DNA of 64,000 nucleotides from Lingula anatina (taxonomy: Eukaryota; Animalia; Brachiopoda), in NCBI GenBank assembly GCA_051362555.1, contig CM120644.1, forward strand, positions 22,714,534 through 22,778,533, written 5' to 3'. Position 1 is the stretch's first letter; each line of letters begins with the position of its first letter. The notes beneath the pieces were generated by a model. The model had not been told where the DNA came from, ran no database searches, and worked only from the letters and a program-made list of their open reading frames with translations. This document shows positions 38,568-51,898 of the stretch, one piece after another. The position numbers and the translations under genes were made by a program.

Positions 38568-39654
38568 CCGTCTAACTTTGCACACGGCAAGCACGTGTAT
38601 CTTCAGGAGAAAATGTTCTTTGATAAGCAAAAAATACAAAAACATTGGGTATACCTTTTTCTTTTAGAAACATATTATTTATTTTTCACTTTACATATCT
38701 TTATTACAGTAAATGAAATAAAATAAAACAGAATTAAATCTGTTTTACGTTTCATTCTGGTCTGCTGACATTCAACTGCAGATTCATTGCGGAGCAGTTC
38801 TATTTGATTGACGGAAATCTAACGTGGCTGCTGTTCGTCAGAGCTTAGTAAAAGTGACTCCCAGGTATATTTGATATTTATCAAGCTAACTTTTACGTTG
38901 CTCTGACACCCAGGGTACGTCTACCGTGTATTAAAACAAATCCTCTCACTATTCTCGTCAATCGTCTATCTATTCTCGTCGATCCTGTAACGTCACTTCA
39001 TCATTCATCGATCAATCGCCAAAGGACGCTGCGGTAGCAACATGTGCTTCTGGCTGTCAATCACGCGGTATTTTTTTAACTCGGCCAGCCATGGTCAGGG
39101 TTGGAAACAACTAGAAAATAATGTTCATCCAACCGAATAGATTTTAATTATTTATTAAATATAGAAATTGTTGAGAAAATGTTCTTATTTCACTAACAAA
39201 CTGCATTCCGTAATCGACAATTATCTCGTTGTCTGCCATTTTGATAGTCATGTGATAGGCCACTGTTTAATACACCGTAGAGGAGAAATGTTTGACAATT
39301 GAATTGGCGAAAACCGATGCTGAATTTATAGGTTCGCTTAAACTTGAAACTGAATCGATGGAAAGGCAGTGAATCGATGAAACATGACGTCGAATTTTTA
39401 CCCTTTTGGTCGCCCATAGTAGTGAATCTGCAGTTGAATGTCATTAGAGCAAAAAGAAACGTAAAACAGATTTAATTCTGCTTCATTTAATTTTATTTAC
39501 TGCATTTAAGATGTAAAGTGAAAAATAAAAAAAAAAAATGTTCCTAAAAGAAAAATATATATCCAATGTTTTTGTATTTTTTCTTATCAACAAACATTTG
39601 CTCCTGAGGATGTAAACACAATACACGTGCATGCCGTGTTCCAAGTTTGACAGG
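38568..39654. mobile_element. Non-autonomous DNA element with ~210-bp inverted arms
   Basis: 38568-38790 is the reverse complement of ~39420-39654 (cacggcaagcacgtgtat / atacacgtgcatgccgtg; cagaattaaatctgttttacgtttc / gaaacgtaaaacagatttaattctg). Confidence 0.8.
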
Positions 39655-40244
39655 TACATGCCAGACACCACTATAAAGACTGCGCAATGGCTACACCAAA
39701 ATCAGTTGTTAAAGCAGAATGTTGCTTGTGTTGTGGCACTGACCTTCGACTGCAATATGTTCCTAGTTCAAACTTCAAACTCCGCTTTAGCCACTTTGCT
39801 TCTTGTCTGGTCTACACGAGATAACGTCAGAGCAAGGCGGAAAAGACAGCTCCAGGCAGTCAAAACTGTGACGTACGAGACTTATGACGGCAAAATATGG
39901 AGCTCCAGGTGGTTATAGCTCTGACGTACAAGACTTGTGACTTCCAATTATTGAAGCGCCCCAGGGAAAATATTGACAAACACGCCCCCAATCCGCCGCT
40001 AGTGGCTAGAGTTTCGTATGATTGATAAGGGTAATATATGAAATCAGGACTGAGCTGGTAATACGGAAATCTAGAACCTATGGTTGTGGATACAGGCAGT
40101 CTAAGTTCGCAGTGTAAATCTGGCTCCGTTTTTAAATCTTTACTTTCGTAACAATTGTATTAAGAACCCACTTTTAAGTCTGATTGCATGCATTCAGTTA
40201 GTGCACTGCGATGGAAATAGCCTCTAGGGATTGAGTCTGCATGC

Positions 40245-41166
40245 TTTTCACTGCAAACTACACAAAATGTGCCAATGTATCAACCATTTTACATGCTACA
40301 GGATCACAGTCATATACTCAAAATAAAATAAGATTTATGAAGTTTTGTGGCGGGGGAGTCAAATTTTCATGGGGGAGTCAGATTTTCAATATGTGCTCAT
40401 TTTTAATTTTCTCATTTGTTCATTAAAATTCTCACTGCAAACTACAAAAAATGTGCCAATGTATCAACCATTTTACATGCTACAGAATCACAGTCATATA
40501 CTCAAAATAAAATAAGATTTAAGAAGTTTTGTGGCGGGGGAGTCAAATTTTCATGGGGGAGTCAGATTTTCATTATGTGAACATTTTTAATTTTCTCATT
40601 ATTTCATTAAAATTTTCACTGCAGACTACAAAAAATGAGCCAATGTATCAACCATTTTACATAATACAAGATCACAGTCATATACTCAAAATAAAATAAG
40701 ATTTATGAAGTTTTGTGGAGGGGGAGTCAAATTTTCATGGGGGAGTCAGATTTTCATTATGTGCTCATTTTTAATTTTCTTATTTGTTCATTAAAATTCT
40801 CACTGCAAACTACAAAAAATGTGCCAATGTATCAACCATTTTACATGCTACAAGATCACAGTCATATCCTAAATTAATTAGAGATTAATGAATGTTGTTT
40901 TTTTTTGTAGGGGAGTCAAATTTTCATAGGGGAACCACATTTTCATTATGTGCACATTTTTAATTTTTCTTTTTTTTTATGAACATTTTCACCTGCAAAC
41001 TACAAAAAAGTGCCAATGCATCATCCATTATGCATACTACAAAATCATAGTCATTTACTCAAATAAAATGAGATTAATGAATGTTTTTTTTGGGGGGGAG
41101 TCAAAATTTCATAGGGGGAGTCACATTTTCATTTTCATTTTAGGGGAGTCAGATTTTCATGGTACA
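40245..41166. mobile_element. Right arm only of Ginger1-like family A (about 5 tandem ~187-bp units)
   Basis: Same unit as 37650-38479; ends catggtaca followed by ccgg. Confidence 0.85.
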
Positions 41167-41270
41167 CCGGGACATTTTCCCTTTATTTGACATGTTAACA
41201 TATCAAATTTTACCGAAGCGCCGATTGTTTCAAAAACGAAATAAAAACACAATGGTTTATTTAGGCTTAA

Positions 41271-41594
41271 GGTAGATGGGTCGTTGCATAATTTGAAGAT
41301 TTGCGCAATTCTTCAATAGTTTCTAACATACATTTTTTTTTTTTTTTTTTGAAAAATTGAAATGTAATTGGATGCCTCTTTACATAAAAGAGAAATATTA
41401 AAAAATAATTCGAACGTTAAAAAACCATAATGAAATTATGCTTCACTGAAAAATCAACAATTTTCCCATTGATTTGAATGGGGACTAGTGGGTTATGCAA
41501 GGTGTAACTTTCTTTTTTGCAAATTTTAACGTACTTAGGTGTCTCTTCAGACAATTTTTTTTTGAACGTTGGAACTTGTAACGTCCGATCTACC
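41271..41594. mobile_element. MITE with TTAA-like flanks (Kolobok-like)
   Basis: ttaa|ggtagatgggtcgttgca versus tgtaacgtccgatctacc|tcaa. Confidence 0.55.
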
Positions 41595-41826
41595 TCAAAT
41601 GTCCATCGCGTTAAAAACTTATATAGTCATGCAAAGTGTGACAATCGTGCATGTTTTATTCCCATGTGACCATATGATCAGTCGGGCATCGGTAAAAATA
41701 GGCTTGATTTTATTTATTTTTATTTTCTTTTTTGGCCATTTCGGCGGAGTTTGAGAACAAAGTAATTAAACTATCTGCTACAAATTTTATAATTTCTAGA
41801 TCACTGAAATAAAACTTTTTCCCTAG

Positions 41827-41961
41827 GACAACGGCACATTGTAGAACTAATATGCCCAGAGCGTTCTCAAACTCATGATGAAACTTCTAGTCACAAATCA
41901 GTGATAGAACAGGCGTCTGGGAACAGGAATGATGAAGAAGATGGAGAAAAACTCCCTGAAA
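41827..41961 (+). CDS. CARD-ANK-protease gene, exon 3a (end of CARD helix 6 plus acidic linker)
   Basis: Acceptor ttttttccctag; 135 nt, phase 1/1; (G)QRHIVELICPERSQTHDETSSHKSVIEQASGNRNDEEDGEKLPE; donor gtcagt. Confidence 0.7.
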
Positions 41962-42293
41962 GTCAGTAAATATATCATCTTGTCTGTCAACTTGGCCTAG
42001 AGTGTATGGTTTGTGGAATGTGTGTCAGCTGGATACAAAAAGTAATTTTAAGACAAGTTCACTGAAAAGAAAATCAATTTGACACATTCAAGTGTCGTAC
42101 AATGCTTTGACAGATGCTCCGTGTGCCTATTAGTATTTCTTGTTCAAAACGACTTAAGAAGCAATAATTGCTACCATATCTTCTATTATTTTGCTTCTCT
42201 TTCGCTCAAAATCATAAAAAAATAATGGCTTATTAAAAAAAACACCAATTTTCCCATTGATTTGAATGGGGACTAGTGCGATATGCAGGGTGT

Positions 42294-42358
<65 letters not shown>

Positions 42359-42756
42359 TGCTATAAAATGTTCTGTAGATACGCATCCGATACTAAGGTT
42401 TGAATTCTATTTCAACATTTTCACTGGCAATTCTGGTTTTTGAAAGCTATGGGCAATGCGTGACACTGTTGAGTTTTGCGAAGGAGTTTTTTTATTTTTT
42501 ATTTATTTATTTATTTTTTTTTTTTTGTGTTATTGCATTTATCATTTTGCAGATCATTACTGTCTTTGTTCAATAAAATTTCTTAAGTCTTAAGTTGCTC
42601 CTGAAGTAAAGGTATATTTGATACCAGAAACATGACTGTGCAAAACATTGCTGTATTGTTATAAAATTGCTAAATGTGTCGAACATTGTTATTGCATATA
42701 ATCGCATATGGCAGATGACAAGTCCGAGATTTTCAACGTCTATCTATTTATTACAG

Positions 42757-44486
42757 ATGCTGTGCTGCATGACCACGCCAAGCTGTTGGAGGGAAGAATC
42801 CATGGAGAATATACAACCGAGGATGCCTTGAGCTTATTGCCAACACCAACAAAGAGTGCCAGGTTCGAAACTGTGCAAGTGTACACAGGTGATATTTCCT
42901 TGCGTGGTGGAGGAAGTGATTTACTTTTAGCTGCAAAAAGAGATGACGATAAGGGTTATATGAGTCTTATATATGAAGGGGCATATGTCAATTTACTGGA
43001 CAGTCAGGGTAGGAGTTATTTACATTTAGCTGCAGAGAAAGGCCACAAAAACGTTGTCAAATCCCTAATTGGCATGGGAGTTGATGTCAATATACAAGAC
43101 AAGGAAGGCAGAAGTAGTATATATTTGGCACTAGAGAACCGTCATGGTCATATTGCCACCATGCTTTATGACGCAGGTGCTAAGCTGTCGGATGAGGGAG
43201 ATCTTGTACCCAGTCCTGAGAAAACTAAAATGCGGTGCATCATTCAAGAGAAGGCAGATGGTTTGGCAGAAAAACACGACAGTCTATGCGCTATGTACAT
43301 TTCTCGCAATAAGAATGGTACCAAAGAGGTGCCCTATTTTGAGATAACTTGCAATGGCAAAGAGGGAAAAGAGGTGTTCCCCAGCCAACTCGCGGGATAT
43401 GCCGTTCTTGTTAGGAAAGGCTCAGTCATTGTTTCCTCTGATAAAGGACAACCCGGTGCAGTTGGAGGATTGTGTGAGCTATTTTTAGGTTGCCCTGTGT
43501 TAGGTTCAGCTGGCAAACGTGGAAGTCTTGGAGTGTTTACGAATATATCAGTAGAAAAGCCACGAGGCGCATTCAAACCCAGAAAGACCAAACCAAATTC
43601 CTTTTTAACTTGCTATCACGTCTTTGGGACCTATAAAGATAAGGTTGGCTCTCAGAATAGTACAGAATGGGCAATTGATATCCCCGTTTCCGTTAATGAT
43701 AAGGAATGCGGTAGAGTATGCCATGGCTGTTTAGATAATTTCCACTGTGATGGAGAGCTATTTGGAATAGACGCAGCACTCGTTGGTCTTAGTGACCAGG
43801 CTTCAGCGAACTTAACTCCCAAGCTTCCAAACTACCCAAATATGGGAGTGGTACCATTTGGAAGCATTAAAACCTTGGATGTTTATAGATGCGACCGGAC
43901 AAAAGCTGATGTTCATAAGTACGGGTTTGTAACAAAGCATTCAAAAGGACAATTAGGCTTCATTCACATGCAATGTCTATTTTCTAAATTCTATTTTCTA
44001 TTCGCGGTGTGTCTTATGATCACGGTCTGTGCCCTGAATATCCCGCGGCGTAATTACTGGCAGCGCGAGCCAGTTACTATAAGTTACTATAAGTAACTGG
44101 CTCGCGCTGCCAGTAATTACGCGGCGGAATATTCAGGGCACAGACCGTGATCATAAGATAGCGCGAATAGAAAATAGATTTTTAGAAAATAGACATTCCA
44201 TGTGAACGAAGCCTTATACAGGAATTCCTCATTTGTCAAAATCCATGATGGTAAATGTTTGAAGACTTTCCATAGCATGATAGAGATGTTGAGCCCCTCT
44301 AATACAGAATTTAACGTGGAAAGAGATCCTGGTGCTGCTGCTTTTTATTAAAGAAAAGGGCGTGCACTACATAATAGGATTGGTTGTTGCAAAAATTACA
44401 AGTAAGAAACCAGGTCATCCCAATAAAACTTGCTCAGTCCTATGCTGAAGGCACTATCTGCTGAGATTCATACTTATGTTAAATAA
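42757..44486 (+). pseudogene. Exon 4a: ankyrin repeats + trypsin-fold protease domain (unit 1), disrupted at the 3' end
   Basis: Acceptor ttattacag is in frame with ORF 42708. About 3 ANK repeats (GRSYLHLAAEKGHKNVVKSLIGMGVDVN); FLTCYHV and GIDAALV. MITE at 43956; GDSG replaced by RDPG (44322-44333), followed by a frameshift. Confidence 0.85.
43956..44213. mobile_element. Fold-back MITE with TTA TSD (PIF/Harbinger, Tourist-like)
   Basis: 258-bp near-perfect palindrome ggcttcattcacatg...catgtgaacgaagcc; tta at 43953-43955 and 44214-44216; absent at the homologous site in unit 3. Confidence 0.92.
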
Positions 44487-45556
44487 GTAATTTTAACATA
44501 TAACAGTAAGCTAAATCTTTTAGAATTCAGGCAATTGATGTACTACTCATTGTGTGGTGAACATAGTCAGCAAAACATTTTACAGTTAACATATCCATCG
44601 CACCAAACTTAGAAATATTTCCACACAAATGAGTCGATGTGCATCAAGGTATCAACTTCAAGCAATAAGCCTATAAATGTAGGTGTTGTAGTAGCTTGTA
44701 CCCAGTACACCCACACTCTTCCTCCCGAAGTTTTGATAAATACTGTCTGTTTTGCAGAGAATGCACTTAGTACATACATAACATTAAATATGGAATAGTT
44801 CAGTTTTGAAGGTATGCCCGGTGAAAATGACTTCTTTTAAAAATAAAGCTTGAATCTCATATAAGATATGTGGATAAAGAAGTGTGTAGTCATGTGTGTC
44901 TCTAGCAATTAAGTGAATACCAGGTTTGTTGCGCCGCTGCATTCTGTAATGTGCGGTGATTTAATTGCGTAGTGCTCCTTTGGGCAGGTCATAGCTTGGG
45001 TTTAGCAAAGCATGGTTCTGTCAAAAAAAGTAGCCATATGTCTTCAACTACCGCATAGAAGAATTTGAAAATTTGCGTGCAAGTGTTTGGTTTTGCAAGG
45101 TGTAAAATGAGCTATGCAGTGCTTTACAAATATGTTTAGTTGTGGCAGACATTGCCAGACAGATTATTGCGCCGGACGGAAAGGCCCGCGCTGTTTTATA
45201 GAGTAATGCCCAGACTGATGTACCTACAGAGAGGCCACATCCAATGTATTGAAATCTTACCACCACGGTACAGGACCAACTGTCTTTCGGGATATACTGT
45301 TGCAACCAAACAAATCCACCCAGTCCGCTCAGAATGAGGGGTGATTGCCACTAAAATGCATTTTTCAAGGCCCTTGGTGAACACCAAACTGGTTTTAACA
45401 GGTTAGAATACCAGACGACCTCCGAGGAACCCACTGTAAACAGCAAAACATCGTTGTATGTTTCTCCTTTCTCCTTTTCCTTGACAGTTTCTAGGTTGAT
45501 GTGGCATGCGGCATTTGCGGTAAGCGTGCCAAGTTTTAGGCCGCTCCGATGCCCGG

Positions 45557-46729
45557 TGTCAAGCAACACAGAGTCCTACCATTCTAGGGTCCGGCGGACC
45601 CGGTGTTTTAAAACTGAGAGTCCGGCGGACTCCATGTCTGGAAATAACGGGTCCCGGACTCTATGTTCTGAAATGTAGAGTCCCCCTAGACACTCTATTT
45701 CAGTACGGAAAGTCCTAGGACCCTACGTTTTAACACTGAAAGTCCGCATTAAAGAGCAATAATGAAATCTCACACTTAAAACTTGCAATTTAAAATTACA
45801 TTGAACATGATGTTAACTGATATGGAGGGAAGAATTATAAGAATTAAAGGTAAAATAAACATTATTAACCTCTGTTAAAATGTAACGCGTAGTATAAATG
45901 TGCATTGTTCGCATTTCATAAACTTTAATTTACAGGATTATCTTTTGTATGCAATTTTATAAAAAAATTATTTTATTAATCAGTATAGTAATTGTTTTTA
46001 TCTCCTCATTGTCCGTTGTCACCCGCATTTTCATCATCATGCAAACTTGATAAAACATCTGTGCCAGTGCTTCGTCTAAAATGAGGGAAATATAATCCAA
46101 GTACATGTAGATATCAAATCTTTTCTTGTTGATACAATTTTGCTTTATTGTTGTCCATATAATACACAATGGAAAAAACTTTAATTAAGATTTCTAACGT
46201 TATTGAGAAACATGGAATACATTCCTTTTGGGTTGATTCCATTTTAATTTAGGGTATGCAACTTAAATTAAAATTTTATATAAATTGTTAAACAAAATTA
46301 AATGAGCACATTTTCAATTACACTCCATAAGCATGTATATTTAATAACTAATTAATTTAGTCAGTTTCCAGAAGATAGATATTTTGCACAATTTGGCATT
46401 GATGCACTGTATAACGCTAGCTGTAACACATTTATGAGTGGTAGTCGTTGTAGCCTGAGTCACGCGTATATAGTCTGGAGAAAAGAAACGCTTTGCTCAG
46501 TTTAGCATCGATTCATTGTGTACGACTAGCTTACACACATGTACGAGTGGTATTCAAATAAGTCACGCGTATATATAGTCCAAAGCATCACAATGCAATG
46601 GGATATGTGTGAGATATATTTAAAGTAAGTCCAATTAAAAAAGGTATGAAATGTAATCAAAAGTGAGTATAACACATTTTACTGCGGAATGAATCACAAT
46701 ATTTGGACAGTAAGTTGAATATTTAACTA

Positions 46730-46794
<65 letters not shown>

Positions 46795-47248
46795 AAGAGT
46801 GAAAATAGAGGAATTATAAAATCAACTCCAGTGTGGGACTCGAACCATCATATTGTTAAATTACTACATACTTCCCAGTCATTGGATACCATAGTAGGCT
46901 CATCACTCGTGTCGCTGTCCACTACACCACCAGGTCGTTGTGCAAACCACTGCCGTTTTGTTATATTATATTTACTTGCATCAAGGATTTGCTTGTTTAT
47001 AATTCTATTATACCCAGATTGTCAATATAAAGCGCTTTTACTAAATATCTACTATTCTGCAGTAGGACCCTAGCTTTTATACCCAGTTCTTCTGTATGAC
47101 GGGCGGACTCTGTGTTTCGTGATAGCTGTCATGAAACGCGGGGTCCGGTTAAATGCAGGGTCCGGGGGACCCTGTATATTATATCCAATTACCATGATAC
47201 AGGGTCCGAGACCCGTTCTTTCGGTCATGGGGAACCTGGTACATGACA
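45557..47248. mobile_element. Non-autonomous Ginger1-like element, family B
   Basis: ccgg|TGTCA...TGACA|ccgg. The paralogous empty site gatgcccggcagtatttt is at 54603-54620. Subterminal gggtcc/ggaccc repeats; internal poly(A) at 46737-46793. Confidence 0.85.
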
Positions 47249-47998
47249 CCGGCAGTATTTTATTTCAATTATTATGTTTAAATTTGTGGAATCTTGTTTC
47301 ACATGCTTACTCTATTTTATTGTCTCTATGGAGGTATGTGGGGACTTTATGTCATTCGGCTTGAAGGCTTTAACCACTTGTTATAGTTTATTTTTGCATT
47401 GTTTTTGGATTAATGTGGCAGTCTAAGGTTGTTCTATGTGATTTTCAAGTTTATGCACCCGTTTTTAAAATCATTTAGTGATATTACGACAATCGTTTAC
47501 TATCCAATCAAGATGACAGCCGAGCGTGACTTTGTTTTATGAAATGCAGAGTGTGTTTTAGGTATTTAAATCCAGAAATTGTAAGATTTGTATAGTTTAA
47601 GTGTTGAAGTTGAAAACAGAAATGATGGCAATGCAATTTTTTCTTAAAATGCTTGTAAAAGAAACGCGGCATGAATCTCAAAATCTATTTCCTCTGGGCC
47701 CGAAATGGTCCCAGTATGTCATCCGGAGGGCAGATAAGACAATGATATTAATTAGGAAGGCAGCATAGTTCCGTGTGTTTGAATTAACATTATTATTATT
47801 ATGTTTCTGGCATAGTTCGTGTTGTCTCGCGAAACATTGATTTTAAATGTCCCTTTATCCTTTATGCACTATAAATTAATAGGTACTGTTCATTTGTTTC
47901 ATTGTCTAGTTGTCATCAATAAAAATAAAAGTGATGTTACAGTCAATAAATAAAACTGCACTGTTTGATACAATAAATAACCTCTTCTTTTTCACTAG

Positions 47999-48136
47999 GA
48001 CAAGAGTACCTTGAATCCCGAATGTTCCCAGATTTTTATTCCCAAATTCAAGCTGAAACTACTAGGCCCAAACCAGTGATAGAACAGGCGTCTCGGAAGA
48101 GGAATGACGAGGAAGATTATGACAAACTCAGTGAAG
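47999..48136 (+). CDS. Exon 3b (paralogue of exon 3a)
   Basis: Acceptor tttttcactag, 138 nt open, phase 1/1, (G)QEYLESRMFPDF...VIEQASRKRNDEEDYDKLSE, donor gtcagt. Confidence 0.55.
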
Positions 48137-49511
48137 GTCAGTAAAAATAGCATCTTGTCTGTCAACGTGGTCTAGTGTGAACTGATGTCTACCCCGGAGT
48201 TTTGGGTCTACAAGTTTGATGTTATACTGTATGGAATGTATGTCTACTTGACACAAAAGTCATTTGAAAACAAGTTGACTGAAAATGAACTAAATTTGAC
48301 ACATGCCTTAGCAAATGATTCGTAATTTTATTAGAATTATCTGTTCAAAAGGACCAAAGAAACGGTTATTACTACCATACCATCGTAAAATAACATACCG
48401 CTGTAAAATTTGCTTCTACTTCTCACTCACATCCCAGCTCCTGTTGCACAGAACTTAGAAAAAATATCAATAGGTGTCGCTTGCTCGTGCATGCGACTCT
48501 CTTCATTGTCTAGTTCTGCAATTTGAGTAATTTAAAAATGTTTGTATTACCACGAAATAGTACAGCATTAAATTTACCTAGGATAAGACTTTGGCAATAT
48601 GCCGTTTATATCTAGGAGATCATACTTGGAGAACACAATTAAGGAGTGAACTGTAACAGCCCGTATTTCGAGAAACGGAGAGTTAAGAAATTGGAGACTT
48701 CACGTACAACATTTAGTTACAGAGTGTCGTAAATTGTATATCTGGTCATTCTGTGTCCTTGGGATTTCTTTAAGTACTTAGTGTGAGTCGGGCACGAACC
48801 ACGGAATCTACGGGTTGAGCTTTGCAAAAAAATATTTGAAAATGTAATGTCCTATTCCGGTTCAATCTTGAAGCTTTTCGCTTTATTAAATTTTAGAATT
48901 TAGGAACATTAAAAAAAATTATTTACCGTGTACCCCCAACTAAAAAAGTAATTAGCTAGCTCAACTTCATACACCCCTTACGTCAAAACTTCCAATTCAA
49001 GCTAACACAATAGTTAAAAGGTTAATATTCGATTTGTCCTAAAATAAGGGTGTCTCATATTTTTCTTAACTACTTTATATACCTGTATAACGTGACCAAT
49101 TGCGTGAGGCTTACTCAATCGCATAAATGAGAGACTTTACCTTCGGACTGAGTTTTGTCGACGCCATTTATAATTATGGCTTCCAGAGTTATGTAAGAGT
49201 TAATAAATTGTATATGAATGAGGTACATAGCATTGGTACTATATGCAACGGCCACGTCTTTGTCATCCTAAAGAAAAGGCGAAATGTTAATATAAAATGT
49301 AACCTACAAGATCCATGTGCATGCATTCGAGTTTTGCATAGTAGCTTACAATTGGCATGGCAATCATTTCAGTCGCATCATTTGACGTTGGGTGGCAGAT
49401 CATCTCTACACTGGGGACCCACCCCTCCTTACCTATTGCAAATGATATACGTGCACAAAATGTTTTGAATTATATTGTTGAAGATATAAAGATGTTCGGA
49501 AGACGCGTATT

Positions 49512-49544
<33 letters not shown>

Positions 49545-49839
49545 TATTTTGTTATTATTATTATTTTTTTGTATTTTGGAAAACTATAGTCAATATGTTT
49601 TGCAATGTTTGGGGCTCGAGAAGGAGTTTTTAAAAATACATTTACTAGATTGTAGGTTGTTGGTTAAATATAATGACTTCTTGCTTCCGTAGTAAATTTT
49701 GGTGTGATACCAGAAACATGTAAGTGCAAAACTTTGGTGTATTGTTCAAAAAAGTGTTAAATAAGTTGAACATCGAAATTGCATAAAATTTCATACTGTA
49801 GTTGGATAGGTCCTATTTTTTAACGTCTGTCCATTTATT

Positions 49840-51186
49840 ACAAACTTTTAGAGGAAGCCCATGGAGCATATTTAACAGAGGACGCCTCGTGCTCATCACC
49901 AGTACCAACAAAGAGTGACAGGTTCGAAACTGTGCAAGAGCACACTGCCACAGGTTTAGAAGAAATAATTCAAAATCTGCAAGGTAAAAGCAGTTCAGGT
50001 TATCTTTTATTTGCTTGTTAGCATAAAATATTTACATTTAGCTGCTATAAGAAGTGACATTAAAGGTATTAGCAATCTAATTGATGGGGGAGCGGATGTC
50101 AATTCACAGGACAATGAGGGCAGAAGTAGTTTACATTTGGCAGCAGAGAATGGGTGCACAGAAGTTGTGACATGCCTAGTAGTATATATTTGGCACTACA
50201 GTCTCGTCATGGTGATATTGCTACTAAGCTGTTTGATGCAGGTGCTTAGCTATCAGATGAGGGAGATTGTATTCCCAATGATGACAAAAAATTAAATGCG
50301 GCGCATCATTCAACAGAAGGCAAAAAGTTTTGCAGAGGAACACGACAGTCTCTGGGCGATAGCTATTTGTTGCACAGTCAATAAGAATTGGGCTGGAGGG
50401 ACCAGAGAGGTGCCTTATTTTGAGATAACTTGCAATGGCAAAGAGGGGAAGGAGGTCTTCCCCAGTCAACTCGAGGGATATGCCGTTCTTGTCAGGAAAG
50501 GCTCAGTCATATTTTTTCCTCTGGTGATGAAAAACCCGGTGCAGTTAGAGGATCGTGTGAGCTATTTTTAGGTTGTCCTAAGTTAGGTTCAGCTGGCAAA
50601 TGTGGAAGCCTTGGAGTGTATACGAATATACCAGTTGAAAAGCCACGTGGCGCATTCATACCCAGAAAGACCAGACCAAATTCCTTTTTAACTTGCTACC
50701 ACGTCTTTGGAACCTATAAAGATGAGGTTGGCTCCCACAATAGTATGGAATTGGAAATTGATAGCCCCGTTTCCGTCAATTGAAAGGAATGCAGTAAAGT
50801 ATGCCATTGCTGTTTAGATAATTTTACTGTGATGAAGAGCTATTTGGAATAGACGCAGCACTCGTTGGTCTTAGTGATCAGGCTTCAGCGAACTTAACTC
50901 CCAAGCGTCCAAGCTCTGGATGTTTATAGGTTTATGGGTGCAACCCGAAAAAAGCTGATGTTCATATGTACGGGTTTGTAACTAGGTATTCAAAAGGAGA
51001 ATCACACAGGAGATACTCATTTGTCCCAATCCGTCATGGTAAATGTATGAAGACTTTCCATAGCATGATAGAGAAAGAAATCAGGTTATTCCAAAAACTT
51101 TGGTATCGTTTGCAACATACCTGTAGCTTATCCCTACGCTGAAGGCAATGTCTGCTGAGATTCGTACTCGGATGGATATTAAATAA
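49840..51186 (+). pseudogene. Exon 4b: ankyrin + protease (unit 2), degenerate
   Basis: ANK (GRSSLHLAAENGC), FLTCYHV and IDAALV are present. Several frameshifts and stops; the GDSG segment is deleted after agcatgatagag (~51073). Confidence 0.85.
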
Positions 51187-51898
51187 GTAATTTTAACGTA
51201 TAACAGTAAGAAAAATCTTTTAGAATTTAGGCAATTGATGTACTACTCATTGTGTGGTGAACATATTCAGCAAAACATTTTACAGTTAGAATATCCATCG
51301 CACCAAACTTAGATATATTTCCACACAAATGAGTCGATGTGCATCAAGGTATCAACTTCAAGGAATAAGCCTATAAATGTAGGTGCTGTAGTAGCTTGTA
51401 CCCAGTACACCCACACTCTTCCTCCCGAAGTTTTGATAAATACTGTCTGTTTTGCAGAGAATGCACTTAGTACATACTTGACATTTAATATGGAATATTT
51501 CAGTTTCGAAGGTATGCCTAGGTGAAAATGAGTTCTTTTTAAAATAAAGCTTGAATCTCATTTAAGATATGTGAATAAAGAAGTGTGTAGTCATGTGTGT
51601 CTCTAGCAATTAAGTGAATACCAGGTTTGTTGCGCCGCTGCATTCTGTAATGTGCGGTGATTTAATTGCGTAGTGCTCCTTTGGGCAGGTCATAGCTTGG
51701 GTTTAGCAAAGCATGGTTCTGTCAAAAAAGTAGCCATATGTCTTCAACTACCGCATAGAAGAATTTGAAAATTTGCGTGCAAGTGTTTGGTTTTGCAAGG
51801 TGTAAAATGAGCTATGCAGTGCTTTACAAATATGTTTAGTTGTGGCAGACATTGCCAGACAGATTATTGCGCTGGACGGAAAGGCCCGCGCTGTTTTA

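Noticed and set aside
35507-41190. Short Phe/Ile-rich ORFs (e.g. 37652, 37792, 40241, 40948)
   Set aside because: Chance translations of the 187-bp tandem unit.
42708-42756. ATG at 42708 as the true start of a single-exon ANK-protease gene
   Set aside because: The first 16 codons overlap a pyrimidine-rich acceptor (ttattacag) and the ATG is not conserved in unit 2; better explained as intron.
49127-49468. Identical 113-aa ORFs at 49127 and 60269 as a conserved gene
   Set aside because: Identity reflects the recent segmental duplication of intron sequence; no recognisable motifs.
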